This document shows, piece after piece, positions 37,489 through 50,741 of a stretch of DNA of 64,000 nucleotides. Position numbers and translations under genes: made by a program. The stretch spans positions 40,176,001-40,240,000 of the forward strand of contig NC_042998.1 in the NCBI RefSeq assembly GCF_006345805.1, written 5' to 3'. The notes below the pieces were generated by a model. It searched no databases. It was not told the origin of the DNA and saw only the letters and a program-made list of their open reading frames with translations. The stretch is from Octopus sinensis. Taxonomy: Eukaryota. The first letter of the stretch is position 1. Each line of letters begins with the position of its first letter.

Positions 37489-38744
37489 CTTGAAATAAAC
37501 AAAAGATAAAAAAAAAAGATAAAATAAAAGAATAAGGTTTTGGAGAGTAGTAAGTTATAAATTAACAAGAAAAAACCCCCCACAATGGTTGTTTTATCAG
37601 CAGGGAGACTGAGTGTTACTTACCATCTTGAGGATTTTATAATGTACAGTCCAGTTCTTTAACACTACAGATTCTTGTACTATTATAGTATTATTAAAAC
37701 AATAACAGACTTTAATAACAATAATAGACTGTTGACATTTACCTCAGGGTTATGTGGAACTGCAGTGATATAAAACTAAAACTCACACAAGAATTTCTTT
37801 TCTTTTTTTCTTCAGTTGTAGTCAAGAACTGAATTGTGTCTAAGCATGGCTTTATCATAAATTATACCTCTTTAGTGTTTAGATATATTGTTTCTTTGCT
37901 TGGCAGTTGATAAGCAAAGTTGTTAGTGCATAGGACAGAATGCATTGCAATATGTTCTGGCTCTCTGCATTCTGAGTTCAAATCCTGTCAAAGTCCACTT
38001 TACAGGTCATCTTTTGGTGAGAGTCAATAAAGCACTCTCCTAGTGCTAGTGCAGTCCATCCTTTCATTGACTGTCACATTCTTGATGTTCTGAAGGGCAG
38101 AAAGTGAAAGGATGGAGAGGATGTCTGTGTCTACATATGACTACAGGTCAGGCATGGAGGGGGCATGTGCAAGTTGCATCCATCATTTGTTAGTATTTGC
38201 TTGGGTCATCCTGGGCAACTCTCTGAGCAGTGTCTCAGTCAGTCATCCTCCTCAGTGAGATACCTCCTCATCCACTGTGACCATGTAGCATCTGGCTGAC
38301 TAACACAAGCTTTCACTTCAACTGGATCCTCAGCGAAGAGAGCACAACATGCAGCATTCAACTCAGAAAATTGAGCAACATGACCAAACTATCTGAGCTG
38401 ATGCTCCCAAATCATACAATTAACAGGATGCATCTCAGTTTCTGAGTATAGTTGTTGGCTGAATATGAAATCCAACCAAGGTAACAAATAATCCTCCAAA
38501 GTGTTCTAGTACCAAAAGAGTTCAGGCAGCTCCTAAGGGCACTTGTGATTACATGGAACCTTTAAACAATAAGCTTAATGCATGATTATATGTTATCAAG
38601 CTGTATAAGAAAAAGCTTGTGAATAACTAAGAGCTGGATTATTTGTTTTACAGCTGAATGCCCTTTTTAATGATAAACACTCAGCTGTGTAAGAGTGGTT
38701 CTGTGTTTTAAAACAAGTAAACTGAAGCCAACAGTGCTCTAGAA

Positions 38745-39923
38745 AGATTTGAACTAGAAGTAGTTCATAGCTTCCATTACCTAGGTGACCAAGTCAGTAG
38801 CTGGGGTGGGTGCTCCGAAAGTGTAGCTGCTAGAATAAGAATAGCCTGGGCAAAGTTCAGATATCTCCTACCTCTGCTGGTGACAAAGGGCCTCTCACTC
38901 AGAGTAAAAGGTAGACTGTATGATGCATGTGTACGAACAGCCATGCTACATGGCAGTGAAACATGGGCCGTGACTGCTGAGGACATGTGTAAGCTTGCAA
39001 GAAATAAAGCCAGTATGCTCCGCTGGATGTGTAATATCAGTGTGCATACTCGACAGTGTGTAAGTGCCTTGAGAGAAAAGTTGGACCTAAGAAGCATCAG
39101 ATGTGGTGTGCAAGAGAGACGACTGCACTGGTATGGTCATGTGGTGAGAATGGATGAGGATAGCTATGTGAAAAAGTGTCACACCATAGCAGTTGAGGAA
39201 GCCTGTGGAAGAGGTAAACCCAGGAAGACCCTGGATGAGGTGGTGAAGCACAACCTTCAAACATTAGGCCTCACCGAGGCAATGACTAGTGACTGAGACC
39301 TTTGGAAATATGCTGTGCTTGAGAAGACCTGGCAAGCTAAGTGAGACCATAACCCGTGGCCTATGCCAGTCATGTAACCAGCCCACTTATGCGTACCTTT
39401 CCTTCATTGGACACTAAACTCTGTTTGCAAAGACCTGTTGAGGCAAGTGAAATTGAAATCAAATGCGATGACAGCACTGCATGACTGGCATCCATGTTAG
39501 TGTGCTAAGAGCACCATCCGAGGGTGATCGTTGCCAGGGCCGCTGACTGGCTCCATGCTGGTGGCATGTAAAAAGCACCATTCGAGCATGATCATTACCA
39601 GCGTCGCCATACTGGCACGTGAAAAACAACATTCAAGTGAGGTTGTTGTCAGTGTCGCTGGACTGGCTCCTGTGCAGGTGGCACATAAAAAACACCATTT
39701 GAGCATGGCTGTTGCCAGTACCGCCTGACTGGCCCTTATGTCAGTGGCACATAAAAGCACCCACTACACTCTCAGAATGGTTGGCGTTAGGAAGGTCATC
39801 CAGCTGTAGAAACTTTACCAGATCAGATTGGAGCCTGGTGCAGCCATCTGGCTCGCCAGTCCTCAGTCAAACTGTCCAACCCATGCCAGCATGGAAAGCG
39901 GACGTTAAACGATGATGATGATG
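38745..39923 (+). mobile_element. 5'-truncated RTE-clade LINE: ORF C-terminus, repeat-containing 3' region and (GAT)n tail
   Basis: YLGDQVSSWGGCSESVAARIRIAWAKFRYLLPLLVTKGLSLRVKGRLYDACVRTAMLHGSETWAV...RRLHWYGHVVRMDED...GRGKPRKTLDEVVK. Confidence 0.92.
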
Positions 39924-40534
39924 ACTATCTTGTTAGTGATTCAATCTCATAGACTTCATTAATTATTATGCTTATTTTATATGCCTGTTAATTATTCATA
40001 ATGCAATGGCCAGTTATAATAGAATCTACAACAGAATAAAAATAAAGAAGACTAGTTCTTTCTTATAAGCACAGACAACACCAGTATAATTTTTTGGTAT
40101 TATTTTCACTTTATTGCCTCTTCAAGGTTAATTACAGGGTTCTCATTTTTTCCCAGGAACTGCTAACCATATTTTTGGAAGAGAAGTAGATACCCTTCAT
40201 GTTACCAAACCCCTGAGAGGAGAAAATCAGTTACTTTTATTAAATAATTGTTACTGAAAGACTGATGTGGCAGAATTCAAACTGAAGACCATGAGCCACT
40301 AAACTGCTATGTGAAGAATTCAGTCTGTTCGACACTCTATATCTAAGATACTCCTCCAATTTTAGTTGATATAGTATCTATTTTATTATTACTAGATAGT
40401 AGGTGGAGGATTGGCAGAACTGGTAGAATGATGGACAAAGTCTTATAATATTTAGTAACTTCCTTTATGTTCTGAGTTTAATTGTATCTTTCATCTTTCA
40501 CCAGTATGTGAAAACAAGTATTAGCCAAGCAGTA

Positions 40535-40810
40535 ATGGTGCATAATCTAGTGGTTAGAGTGTTGTATTCATGATTGTAAGAGTGTAGTTTCAAATCCTGG
40601 ACCAAGTGGTATGTTGTATTCTTGGGCAAAACACTTCGTTTCACATTGCTCCAGTCCACTCAGCTGTAAATGGGTTCCAGCAATAACTGGGGAGTTAATC
40701 CTGCAGCAGACTGGGATTCTGTTCAGTGGGTGAATATTGTAATCTCTGTCATTTATACATCATGAAAACTGGGGTAAGCTCTGTCCTTCTGAGAGTCCTA
40801 GGGCTCAAAA
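40535..40810 (+). mobile_element. tRNA-derived SINE (V-domain-like), decayed
   Basis: ctagtggttagagtg, gtttcaaatcc, ttcttgggcaaaacactt, aatcctgcagcagactggg. Confidence 0.65.
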
Positions 40811-41499
40811 CAGACCTAAGCAGTGGGCTTAATCAAATTGGCTATACCCCTCTGCAAAAATCCAAGGCCTCGTGCTAATGTTAGAAATCATTACTTTTAT
40901 AGAAAGAAATTTTTCGTTGACTAAGCTATTATTTTGAACTTTAGAATTAAATTTTCAAGTAGAAATGCATAAATATTAATTAATAGTTAGCACACAGAAA
41001 ATATTTTAATATTCTTTGGATGAAAATATCTAAGGAAGAGCAAATTTAATTAAATAGTGAACATTAAAGTGAGTAACCTAAATATGTTTATAGAAGCTTT
41101 CCAAACTGTGTTATAATTAAAAATCTCATACTGTTGTTAACCTCAAGTCATCTCTGACTGAACTGACCTTTCATCAAGGCATTCCAACAGTGACTATTTC
41201 CTCTTTTTTATCTAATGTGCCCTTTTTTTAAGACAATAAACCATGACATGATGGGGACTTGGCTGCTGTTTCTAGCCAGTTGAGCACCCAGATAACGGAT
41301 CCATCATTGTTTTAGGTACACGTGAACCATGTCTTCCTCATTAATAGACTTGGATTCTATATCAATTTTTGCAAATATTTTCTATTTTATATTTAAAAAA
41401 CAAAACAAAACAAAACAAATTCTACATTTTTATTCACTTTTCTCCACTCCCAAATCAGTAGAACCTTCTGGTTCTGTGCCAAGAGAGTCTCTTTTAACA

Positions 41500-42560
41500 A
41501 TTTTACATAATCCTTCTATCTTCCACTCCTCAACCAAGCTGGCTTTGTAAGCAACACTCAGCATCCCTGCTGATAAAACCACCATATTTTTTTCCATCTC
41601 TGTGTTGCACATACACAACAAACTTCTGTCCAAACCCTCCTTCATTCCACCCATCTTGCCACCAAATGTATATAGTAACCAAGTGTGAAAACTCCATGAT
41701 AGTTACAACCCAACAAGAAGAGTGGCCACAACAGTAACTTTCCTTACATGTAGTTATTTGGTATGACATCTATGTGTAAATTGCCCTAAATTTGGATTTT
41801 ATTTGTCTCTCATCACCTGGACTGAATTGGAAGTTTTTTGTACTGTTTCCCACCAACTCTCTACCAAATCTGGTATACTCCAATATTAAGCTCTGTTTCC
41901 ACATTCTACATTCTTTTAATGATTTCCCATGCAACTCAGGCATATTATACCTGATCTACACTAACCATGATTATAGAAATTGAAAACAACCTTCAATAGG
42001 GACAAGATAATCTACACGCCTTCAACAGCACAAGGCAATGACAGAATCACTCTATGTATATCAAGGAAACAGTCTTGTTCTACTCATAAACTCACACATG
42101 ACCAGCACACAATTAAAACAAATCACCATTGAAGTCTCATGCTCTAAGCTAAGTTCTTATGGTGACTTCACATGTATAACAAGTACCATCTCAAAAACTG
42201 CTTCTCATTCTGGACTTGAAAATTCTTCAGTCTTGATGAATCACTGATTTTTTACTACTCATATACTTGGGAAATAGTTGACAAACATACAACAAACTAA
42301 ACTGCATACAAAAGAAAGCTATCTCATTGATTAACAAAGATTCACTCCACAATATACCACAACTACTGGCCAACAGATGCTCTGTTCTACTGTTATTTGA
42401 AAAGCCTTTGTTCTAATCTCCCTCTACCCAAGCCTACCAACCAACTGGTTCTTGGATTCCTCACTAAATATTTCCCCACCATAACTGCTAACCTATGGGA
42501 TTCCTGTTTTTCCTTTAGTTGTTAACTTACAGATGTTTAAACTAAACATCAGCATCAACT
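41500..42560 (+). mobile_element. Decayed CR1/L2/Jockey-type LINE fragment
   Basis: C-rich plus strand; the 3' motif FPTITANLWDS..VNLQMFKLNIS resembles the FFPRT..LWNSLP..NL..FK LINE C-terminus. Boundaries approximate. Confidence 0.55.
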
Positions 42561-42652
42561 GCATGAAATCTCACCAATCTTGGAAATGCTTGACTTAGGC
42601 AATGCCTTTTCTCCACTATCAACATGTGATAGCTCATATATCATCAATAATT

Positions 42653-42830
42653 TCTCTCAATTTCAACTAATTCACAAATAGAATAAGTAGTAAGTTATTT
42701 TCTCTATTTTCAAACTGTGTTGCTATCAGTTGGTGGAGGAACTTCCTCCATCAACTGACAGCAACACAGAAAATAACAGAGAATAACTTATAGGTTATTC
42801 TATTTGTAAATTGAAAGCTAGTTTGAGAGA
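42653..42830. repeat. About 180-bp palindrome with a near-perfect 27-bp core
   Basis: ctgtgttgctatcagttggtggaggaa-c-ttcctccatcaactgacagcaacacag (42715-42769) plus imperfect outer arms. Confidence 0.85.
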
Positions 42831-44002
42831 TTGTGTTGAGATAAAAACATACCAATTACATCGGTAATATAATCAAAGAATTTTTCTTTAAATACAGATT
42901 ATGTACTCAATATCTTCTGATAATGAATACACATATATTTTTTGTTACTACAGAATCTGTGGAAATTGCAATGCCTTTGTAGTCTGTGAGATGTTCAGCT
43001 TTGCTCCTTCTGGTGTAAGGTATCAAACATCTATAGTTTAACTCATTGATTCAGTAACAAAAGTCAAGCACTGTTTCTGATATAAATGTCAGGATTTCAA
43101 GTATCTTATAGGAGAAAAGAAGTGCTGGAAACAGATCTCACTTTTATCAAAATGTCATAATGAACACGGTACTTAAAAGTATATTATTGGACTTTGCAGC
43201 ATTGAGAATAAAGTTGTTTCAAAAAATAAGTTTTCTCTTTTTGCAAACCATACAAATACACTATTTATACTACAGAAAACAAAACAAAAAATAAATAAAA
43301 TAGAGGGTGTTTTTTTTTGCTAGTTATTATGATAAGGATATATAAATTACATGACTGATTTTTTGTCACTGATCTGAAACCTCCTGATCCATACATATCT
43401 GAGGACACTTAAATTTCCCATGACTATTGCTAAAAATTGTTTCATTACCAAGCTTTCATGACACATTTGTTTATATATTAGTAAAGTATTATGAAGGTGA
43501 AAACATTCTCCCTATACTTAACTATATTATTATGAAGGTATAAATGTCATATATGTTTAAAACTTAACATTACTCTCTCTCTCTCTGTGGAGAGCAAGTT
43601 AAGAGATAACTTACCTTCACTGTGAAGAATACAATGAACCAGCAGGAAAGAAGAAAAAGTAAATATATGCCCTTCACAGTTATGTTACAAGAGAAGGTCC
43701 TGTGGGAACCCAGTAGTTATATAGATAAGTTGGTTCCAGCTTCAAACACCTCAACAACAACAACAACAAACTCAAAATACTATTGCAATGATATTAACAA
43801 CAATAATACCTGTAGCAGGAATAGCAGTTGCAGTAAGTAGTAGCATTTCTGTCATAAATCAAGGTCAGAGAGGCTCTGGTCAACTAATTGTCAAGTTTAT
43901 GGTATCAGCTTCAAACCGTTAGATAAAGAATTTCTGTACTCAGTGCTGGGGTGAGGTGTACTACACCCCTACCTCCACCCCATCACTTAATATCCGTTAT
44001 AC

Positions 44003-44269
44003 CAGTGGTTCCCAAACTTTTTCACGTTGCTGTCCCCTTGGCACCCAGGCCACATTCCTACCCCCCCACTCACCACCACCACCACCACCACAAACATAGA
44101 CCACTTTCTGCAACAGAATCAAAACAACTGTATTTCACAAATAAACTTAACCTAACCAACCCATTGTTTTGGTTTTTTTTTTACATCCATTGACCCCTTT
44201 TGGCCACTCCATTACTCCATTATCACCTCACCCCCAAGGAGGTTGTACCACTCACTTTGGGAACCATTG
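44003..44269. mobile_element. hAT (Charlie-like) MITE
   Basis: TIRs cagtggttcccaaa / tttgggaaccattg; 8-bp TSD cgttatac / ccttatac (one mismatch). Confidence 0.85.
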
Positions 44270-45769
44270 CCTTATACCATATCCACACAGTCATAGATAC
44301 CCATGTATATACATATATGTTCATGGAAGCCTCTTGGCGTGCATATTGGTATATATACATGCATATTGATACATATACATATACACACACACATATGAGC
44401 AAATACCACCATATTATTGTGCCAAACTGCAACTACTTTCTAAAGCTACATTGCTCCTCCCTCAGTGTGTACCTTATGTTGCATACAGGTGTAGTTCTGT
44501 GGTATTCATTAAACAATGATAAATCATTCAAATAAGTCATTTTGATTTTGTAAGTCAATAAGCCTGCTTAGTTAGCAGTTGTAGGGGATACACAGTACAT
44601 TCCACAGAAGAGTATATAATTACGTGCAATCAGGTGATTTGTTCTGAGTACTGTGCATACTTGATCAGATAACATTCAGATCTGTGGATGCAACTGATAA
44701 TCCAGTATCACATGCCTTGTTCCTAGTACTGCAATAATCTAGTATACCATGAAAAAGTAGTAGAGAAAAGTACAGTCAGGGTATATACATAGATGTATAG
44801 GATCAGAAAGAGGCTTTGTGCATGAGTATACAGATAGGGGTGTTCAGATAGAAGATATTACAAAATTGCACTAGGTGTACAAGAATCATGAGAATTGTGT
44901 TGCTATGTCCCCATGTCAGCTGTATGGTCAGTATTGTACTAGAGTACCACCTGTAGTTCAGATGTGTTTAAGTCCCTGGATGAGACCTCAGCAAAGAAAT
45001 ATGTTGTTTCACAGAGTTAAATATGGTGCCAATATACAATTTACTACTATTATGTGTTACTATCTCACATTTATATACTATGCTCTTATGTATGCAATGC
45101 TCACCTAAGGGATAATCTACAGAGGTCCAACAGTTACATCCTGATGGTGGAAGCTTGGGACAGACTAGTTTGTGAGTTACCTCAAGTTCAGTAGCAAGTG
45201 GTGAGATGCCTTCTTCATGGGTGCAAACTAGTGCGTAAGGTCAAGATCCACATACATCCAAGGAATTCCTAGTTCTACCTTTCCTGCATCCTTTCTGACC
45301 TCTCTGGTTTCATCATCATCATCATCATTTTAACATCTACTTTTCCATGAGCCAGACAGAATTCATCAAGACAGATTTTCTATGGTAAAATGCCCTTCTT
45401 GTCAGCAACCTGTCTCCAAGTAATGTAATATCTTTCCATGGCCAGACATGTTTCACTTGTATAATGGTGATGCTCATTTACAATTATCATGTGATGTAAA
45501 GACAAGGAAGCACCCTTCTACATACACACACATATAGTGGATTTGGTAGACGGAAACTGAAAGAGGCCAATGATATATTGATACATATACAATAGGCTTT
45601 TTTCACTTTCTATCTACCAAATATGTTCACAAGGATCTTGGTTGGCCCAGAGCTATAGCAGAAGACTCTTGCTCAAAGTATCATGCAGTGGGACTGAACC
45701 CAAAACCATGTGACTGAGAAGCAAACTTCTTAATCACATAGCCATTCCTGCACCTTATAGACATTTAAT

Positions 45770-45808
<39 letters not shown>

Positions 45809-46560
45809 AGAGGACTGTTTAAGCATCATTATAAGAAACAGTAGATCTGATGAACCATAGTAATATATTTCCTCAGTCATCATCATTATCATTTAACATC
45901 TGTCTTCCATGGACTGGATGATATGATAGGAGCTGGCAAGCTGGAAGGCAGCACCAAGCTCCATTGTCTGGTTTGGTATGGTTTCTACAGCTAGATGCCC
46001 TTCACAGCAATCAATCTTCTCACATCAAAACACACTCAAGCATGTGAACATATCAGCCTAAATATATATTTAAAATGTAGTTCAATAATGGCTTCAAGTG
46101 CTTTAGAATAAATTAACCTTGAAGGAAACATTTTTATTTATTTTTGGATAAGTGCAGCAAACCATAAATACAATAAGTACTCCAACTGTTGTAAAAGTCA
46201 ACAAAGTAAGGATTTTACCATCTTGGAAATTTGAAGTCAGACAAAAGTGAACTGATATTTTATGAATAGCCACTGCTAACATCCGACTTGACAGTCTGCC
46301 AGTCAGATCTATTTCCTACTACAAGTGTTAGAAACAGCAGGTAGATTATTATAAAAGTAGTTCTAGTCATCAAATTTTATATATTAAAAGCATTTTTCAG
46401 TAAAAGCAAATAATTATTTCCCTGATATATAAAACTATTTGTTTAAAAATATAAGACAAAAATAAATAAAGCATATTTTCATGAAACAACCCTTAAATGG
46501 AATTATAACTGATATCAAAAGAAAGCTTTTGCCTTTTGCACTTCATTTCTCTTTTTCTTT

Positions 46561-46593
<33 letters not shown>

Positions 46594-46976
46594 AAGTCTG
46601 CCCACCTAGCCAACAGAGTGGCATCATTTGAAAGCTAAAATACAATAATGTGAGGAATTGCAATGTTGTCAGTGCATCCAATAGTATGGTTGATAAAGTG
46701 ATATATATATATAGACATCACTTGGTATATACAAAATTTAATGTGAGCTGTTATAGATTTCATGCATCAGATAACACAATAGTCAGAAAAGCTTGTATAA
46801 TGTGACATGTATTATTGGGCAATCATTCCTTGCATTTAAATCCTGTTTATATTATATGATAATTATTTCTCACTGGATGGAGTACTTTTTTTGTTGATCC
46901 TACAAATGACCTAACAATGCACCATAGTACAGGTTTATAAGTCAATACTGTGTCTTACCATAGTTGCAAAACAAAA

Positions 46977-47018
<42 letters not shown>

Positions 47019-48921
47019 TACACATCTGTTGTTATATGAAAAGTTGATAGTTCAGGGTGCCTTGTCACACACTACTATTCCAAATGTAATAATTTTGAAT
47101 AGTACAACTACTTACAGTGTATATATGCAACAAATAATAAACTTGATAGTTAGCTTGAAATAGTTCAAAAATAAAGTTAAAATTCAAAAGAAAGAACAGT
47201 GTTACTGAAATTCTGATGCAGAAAATGCTCAGAAAATTCTACGCAAAAAAAAGAAAAGAATTACAAAAGTCAATTAACCCCTTCTATAGGAAATACCTAT
47301 TTCTATAGGAAATATCTACTGCAAGAGATTAAAAGTATTCTATTTACATGTCTAGATGTTCTGTTCTGTTCTTTTCTACATTTAGTTCTCTTGTAGATTT
47401 CTGATTTAAAATACAAACACTTCTTCACAAGTGTTGTTCCTTTAGAAAGCTACAGAAAATAACTAAGAGTGGTGAAATTGGTCAGTAACCACCCATTTGG
47501 AATAAATATGTGCTAGATTTTTCTTGAAAAATGGCAGGCCTGGTGCAGGCAGAAGCTAGATAAAGTTTTTGTAATGACTCAAGTTAAATGTTAGATGTAA
47601 GTGGTATCGTCACCTCATAAAAGACAATATCTATAAATTGTACAAGGCTTTGGGTAAGAGCCAGGTAGACTATGCACACACCTTGTACATAGGATAGGTG
47701 TAAAATGTATATAGTGAATTAACAAAATACTAAACTTGTATAATGACTAAGAGTTATCAAGAAGGATAAAATGCATTCCATTGGTTCTGAAATGAAAGAG
47801 TAGAATTGTTACGATAGATATCTACAGAACAGCCTTTTCTGCATTTGAAGAGAAATGAAATATATAAAAGAAAAAAATAGGATAGAACTTTAATGTAAAA
47901 GGAAGAGTAGAAAAGAGAGAGAGAGAGAGGGGGTGTGTGTTAGAGGATAAGAGAAAAATATATTAATTTAAAAATAAACTCGTCAAAGCGTTAGATTAAA
48001 ATGACTGTCAAAGTTGCATTATTTTAGAAGGAATGAATGGCTGGACTATTTCAGCTTATGATGGAGATGATAAGGAGGTATGAAGTAATTGAAAGATTTA
48101 ACTGAACATTGCAGTCAACCAGTCAGTCAGTAGCTAACCCATAATAAAAGAAATAACACCTGTAAAGAAAAAAATTGTTAAAAGATACAAGAAATTCCTC
48201 TGTTTGAAATGCACACAAAAATAATTGAGTTAAACACAGGTTTGCAAGCAACCTTACTTGAACAATTATGAAATGACATGCAAAACTATTTTGTTTCTAT
48301 AGTTTAAGCAAGTGAATATATTAAGTGGCAATGTCTGTAAAGATATTTGTCATGTGACTAAATATACACCCTTGCAAAGGAATGTCATATAAAATATTTT
48401 TGAATTGATAATTGTAAAAATATGTACTTTTACATCAAATATTTTATTCTCTTTGCCAAAGTAATCAGATAAAATAATGATAAAAGTAAAATACAGCATA
48501 ACATCAAATATATGAGAATATAACTAATATGGTATGAAACATGTTACTACAGCATACTACTTGAATGACATAATATTGTGAATAACTTTATTTTCTTTGT
48601 CAATTAGCTTTCTGATTTTCATTTCAGTCAAGAGATGCTACAATATGAAATGTTGGAAGCTAGAAATTCTAGAATGCTGTTGTTTAGACCCAGATCAACT
48701 CTAAGCAAGCAAAGTTATGGACAAAGAGATTTAAACCATATGCATTTCATCTTCTTTTAACAACTGAGACTATGGTGTCCAGTGTAGCCTTTCTTTTCTA
48801 AGATACCAAGTGTGTTTTGAGGTAGATTTGGCTGTTATTTTAAACCGGTTCACCTATCAAATAGTTTTGTCATTGGCCTGAAAAGATAAATTGTGAACAT
48901 ATATAGTTGAAATCTCTATAT

Positions 48922-49195
48922 CAGTGGTTCTCAATCAATTTTTGCCTATGGGTCCCTTTGATTCCTACTTAATTCTACTGGACCTCCATAGCCATTCAAT
49001 TTATATAAAAAAATCTTACTGTATTTACATAATTAAATATTATTAGTAATTGTATAAAAAACATGTTAAAATATTTTGAGTACTGCAGAAGTATAATTGA
49101 TTTATTGCACGTAAACTTTAACAAACAAAACTTTACATGGACACTCCCCACCTCACCTCTCGAAGGGTCATATGGACCCTAGCTAAGAACTACTG
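48922..49195. mobile_element. hAT (Charlie-like) MITE
   Basis: TIRs cagtggttctcaa / ctaagaactactg; perfect 8-bp TSD ctctatat. Confidence 0.85.
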
Positions 49196-50694
49196 CTCTA
49201 TATCTTTAGCGGAAACACTTTTATAAAAATATTTGTTGATTTCAAATGCTTAATTATGTTATTGAACTTTGCTCAATAAGAAATAGGAATAAGAATTGTT
49301 TTTTAATAGTTATAGAAGTAACAAGGAATATAATAATTTCAACAGAGTTGGAAGGAGTTCTTATTTTCTATGGATATACACTTTTGCATATCTCATTCTC
49401 AAGAAGGGCAACTTCACTGATCCAGCAAACTACCATTCTATTTCTATAACTTAAAAATCTCAAAATATAATTAGAGTGACAGAAGTAGTATTAACACCAA
49501 AAAGTAATATTTATCACCACTTAAAAGTGGATGTTGTATTAAAACCTCTCATATGGTTTTGTGATACATATAAGCACTCTAGTTTATATTGCTAGTGGTA
49601 GATAATCACTGCCATTGCTGCAGCCAGAACCATCAGATCATGTGATTTTGGCCTTCCTTGGCCTTGTCAATGGTAGATGCCTGACCATTGGAAATAGCAG
49701 TGACTGCTCTGCTAGTGATATACATAGAATCACAGGGCTTATTCAAGCACTGGTGTTGCCAATAGCCAGTAGGCTTATAAAAAATTGAAACCATTGTAAA
49801 TAAACAAAGTTTGAAAAAACAAGCTGGAGTCTGCATTGGCAGAAATTATTTTGTGAAGTTTGCAAATTTGGTTGATAAGTTCATATCCTGTGAGAAGAAG
49901 AGAATTATGTTTTAAGCTAGACTCCAAATTTATAAACTTCTCTGTATAGGTATAGATGTGACTGCATGGTAAGAAGTTGTTTCCTAATTACAAGGTTCTA
50001 GGTTCAGTTTCCAGTAGGTGGCACCTAACACTAACCCTAACTATAGCCCTAGGCTGACCAAAGCTGTGTGGATGGATTTGGAGATGGAAACTGAAAGAAG
50101 CCTGTCATGGTGGGGAGGGACAAACACAAAGACACACAGACAGATACACACATACATGTATTCTCCTCCTTTAATGTCTGTTTTCCATGCTGGCATGGGT
50201 TGAATGGTTTGACCAGAGGTGGCAAGCAGGAGAGCTGCACAAGGTTCCAAATCAGACTGGAACCTGTGTGTATCTTTGTGTTTGTATTTGTAACTCATCA
50301 CAACTTGACAACCAGTGTTGGTTTTTTTTATGCTCCTTTAACTTAGCAGTTTGGCAAAAAGAAACTGTAAGAATGAGTACTAGACTTCAAAGTTAGTACT
50401 GGGGTCAATTTGTTCAACTAAAACCCTTCAAGGTACTGCCCCAGCATGCCTGCAGTCTAATGACTGAAACAAGTAAAAGACAAAAAAAAAAGTTATGAGA
50501 GTTTTAGATTCTAAAGCATAGAAAACCAGTCTATCTGAATAGGACTGTCGCATGTCAGTGTATAGTAACTAATACTACTGGTATCAACAATTTCTGAGAT
50601 TTATTACATACTTGATGAAATAAGAAAATTATACAAAGTTATTTTCTCAATTACAAATACACAGCAAAAAATCCTGTCAGTATAATTTTATATA

Positions 50695-50741
50695 CTAATT
50701 TTTAAGAAACCATTGTTTCTTAATGGTTTCTTAAAAATTAG
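50695..50741. repeat. Perfect 20-bp inverted repeat with a 7-nt spacer
   Basis: ctaatttttaagaaaccatt-gtttctt-aatggtttcttaaaaattag. Confidence 0.9.

Noticed and set aside
49776-49887. Acceptor followed by GYELINQICKL, faintly like Ro60 GCEVIQEIKSF
   Set aside because: The frame stops after about 37 codons without a convincing donor, and the similarity does not extend.
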